64,000 nucleotides of DNA from assembly GCA_965223795.1 (NCBI GenBank), contig CBDCXL010000001.1, positions 512,001 through 576,000 of the forward strand. Reading direction: 5' to 3'. Position 1 is the first letter of the stretch. The number at the start of each line of letters is the position of its first letter. The translations under genes and the position numbers were made by a program. Shown one piece after another: positions 62,067-64,000 of this stretch. This stretch comes from Nitrospinales bacterium. GTDB lineage: Bacteria > Nitrospinota > Nitrospinia > Nitrospinales > VA-1. The notes under the pieces are model-generated. The model saw nothing but the letters and a program-made list of their open reading frames with translations, was not told where the DNA came from and did not search any database.

Positions 62067-62410
62067 ACTCGAAATTCAAGGGAAATTGAATCCATCCGCA
62101 TCAATTCGCATAATCCCGCGATTTGACCGCTTCGGCATATTCTAGACTTTTGACACCGCCTGCATGCCAATAAATCCCAATCCGCTTGCACAGGTGTATT
62201 CGCGTCAGGCTGCCCCAGGCCTTGCAGGCCGGACCCGCAGGAAGTGTTTTTTCAGTTGCCATTCCTGCGATGGTGACCGCAAACAATAGAGAGATCGATC
62301 CTCCGCCTTCACGCATTCCCTCTTTTCCCAAACACGATGAAGTTTTTTCAATCAACGACTTGATAATTAGTTATACTGCTAGTGTAAATGTATCTAGTGC
62401 CCGTCCGGAA

Positions 62411-63415
62411 ATGAATTCCGGACAATCCGCGTTTCCTCACAAACCCAGAGGTGTGGTGGAAAACAAGGCGCAAACAAAACAAAACCGGCCCATCCGCCGG
62501 ATCGCGTTTGGCTGGCTGGCTGGCGCCTTGCTCATTTTTTGCGCGTGTTCCCGCTCTGGCGATAGTTCCCTTTATTCCCCTGAAGAACTCAATCAGCTTC
62601 GGCGAAATTTCCAGGTCACGGAAAACATCATCGCCGAGCTGAAGCAGATCCATAAAAAGACCAAAACCCGGCCGCGCCCGAGAAAAATCGAAATCACCCA
62701 GCGCCAGCCCCGGCATGTGCTGCACAAAGCCAAACTGATCGAACTGTCGGTCCAGAACATGCGGTCCCACAAAGGACTGGAAGCGCAACTGCATCCTTTC
62801 GTCCACGACAAAAAAGTCGTGCCCACGGAAGTCTTTCAACTGATCGATAAAATCCACCGCGATGTGCGCGAACTGCGCCGTGCTCACGGCATCGAGGCGG
62901 AATCGGAACCGGCGGCCTTGCCGAAAAAAGCCCTGCCCCAGGATGTTTACATCAATCTGGAACGCATCAACCGCATGATCCTCGGCATCGACCATCGCAC
63001 CATCCGTCCGGACGACGTGCACCACTTTGCCTCCAGGATCGTGCTGAGACTGCGTCAACTGCGCAGTCACAGAGGCGTCACCACGCCGGTCGCCGTCCTG
63101 CCACACTCCCGGGAGAAGCACCCCCGCGATGTCTACAAGAAAGCGCACGTCCTGCATGAGAGGCTGAAACGGCTCTACGAAAAGCAGAATCATTCCATTT
63201 TCGGCGGTGTCGTGCTGTTGAACAAAAAGAACACCCGCATCATTCCCAACGATGTGATGGACGTGCTGGTGAATATCATGGCCGATGTGGAAGCGATGAG
63301 CGCCTCCATGCCGCTGAAGCCGACGCCGGCCATACTGCTGCCCGAACATATAACGCCTTCCACGGCTTACGATATGATCCGCGAAGGGATTGCGGTTGTG
63401 GAGACGATGCTGTGA
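62411..63415 (+). CDS. Predicted lipoprotein with repeated P-x-(D/E)-V helical motifs
   Basis: LLIFCAC lipobox-like segment; seven related motifs; start uncertain (ATG 62411 or a downstream GTG). Confidence 0.7.
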   Translation: MNSGQSAFPHKPRGVVENKAQTKQNRPIRRIAFGWLAGALLIFCACSRSGDSSLYSPEELNQLRRNFQVTENIIAELKQIHKKTKTRPRPRKIEITQRQPRHVLHKAKLIELSVQNMRSHKGLEAQLHPFVHDKKVVPTEVFQLIDKIHRDVRELRRAHGIEAESEPAALPKKALPQDVYINLERINRMILGIDHRTIRPDDVHHFASRIVLRLRQLRSHRGVTTPVAVLPHSREKHPRDVYKKAHVLHERLKRLYEKQNHSIFGGVVLLNKKNTRIIPNDVMDVLVNIMADVEAMSASMPLKPTPAILLPEHITPSTAYDMIREGIAVVETML

Positions 63416-64000
63416 ACGCACCTGCCCAATACGGCGAATCCCGCTTTCCGGTGCTGTTTTTATACATCACGGCATTCATCTGTGTGCTGCCGTTCGGGCT
63501 CAATCTGGCGGGAATCGATTTCGGTTCGGAAGTACACGGATTTCACGTCGAGGAAATCGCGTCCTGGGGCATCAGCGGCGCGGCCCTGGCCGATGAAATG
63601 TTTTACACCCTCACCGGCGCTCTGGAGCACGGTCTGCTGGAATGGAGCGCGGTCAGCGTGGCGGCGCTCACCATTCTGCTGGCGTTTTCCCATTTCGCAA
63701 CCAATAAAGATGTCACAACCCCCATCATCGGCATCGCGCTGTTCTGCTCCGGCGCCATGGACGCCTTTCACACCCTGGCGGCCATGCGGCTGACCGACGC
63801 AGTCGCGGACAACAGCAGTGTCATTCCCTTCACCTGGGCGTTGTCGCGCACGTTCAACGCAGCCATTCTCATCGTGGGGGTGCTGATCTGTCTGAGACTG
63901 AAGGTCACAAGCACCCGCACCAGCATGACAACGATTCTGACCGTGGGGTTTTTCTTCGTCGGCCTGGCGTATTTTTTGATTACCTACACCGCTTCCAATG
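63412..64000 (+). CDS. MASE3-like membrane sensor domain protein (N-terminal part; runs off window)
   Basis: GTG overlapping the upstream TGA; manual translation gives HGLLEWSAV, GAMDAFHTLA, FTWALSRTF; multi-TM. Confidence 0.75.
   Translation, partial: MNAPAQYGESRFPVLFLYITAFICVLPFGLNLAGIDFGSEVHGFHVEEIASWGISGAALADEMFYTLTGALEHGLLEWSAVSVAALTILLAFSHFATNKDVTTPIIGIALFCSGAMDAFHTLAAMRLTDAVADNSSVIPFTWALSRTFNAAILIVGVLICLRLKVTSTRTSMTTILTVGFFFVGLAYFLITYTASN

Overview
A GC-rich bacterial chromosome segment. The gene repertoire (FGE-sulfatase paralogs, DUF1566, a TonB receptor-YfiR-kinase triad, pentapeptide repeats) suggests a Nitrospinota-like organism; this is inference only. Positions 1-41.5 kb are mostly housekeeping genes (gltA, clpS, NfuA-like, yraN, a nitrite/sulfite reductase-TusA fusion, yicC-gmk-hisC-mltG, panE, ggt, polA, kdsD, alaS) with several palindromic repeat families between them. 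This part also holds a mini-insertion: a DJ-1/PfpI gene flanked by a 74-bp duplication of the yraN 3' end. A tRNA-Arg(CCG) at 41486-41562 is the left end of a ~17.8-kb island with no recognisable integrase, closed by a perfect 26-bp repeat of the tRNA 3' end at 59365-59390. The island carries a candidate ABC-ATPase + PIN defence pair, a HicB relic, an exosortase with its PEP-CTERM-tagged VIT/vWA substrate, and a TonB receptor-YfiR-histidine kinase module. Its most notable content is a compact azole-forming RiPP cluster: a 70-aa precursor ending ...AICCTCWAAE, an RRE/E1-like protein, YcaO and a SagB dehydrogenase, with no protease or exporter. An orphan NHLP-leader protein lies just outside the island's left end. 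All family assignments come from motifs recognised by eye, not from database searches.
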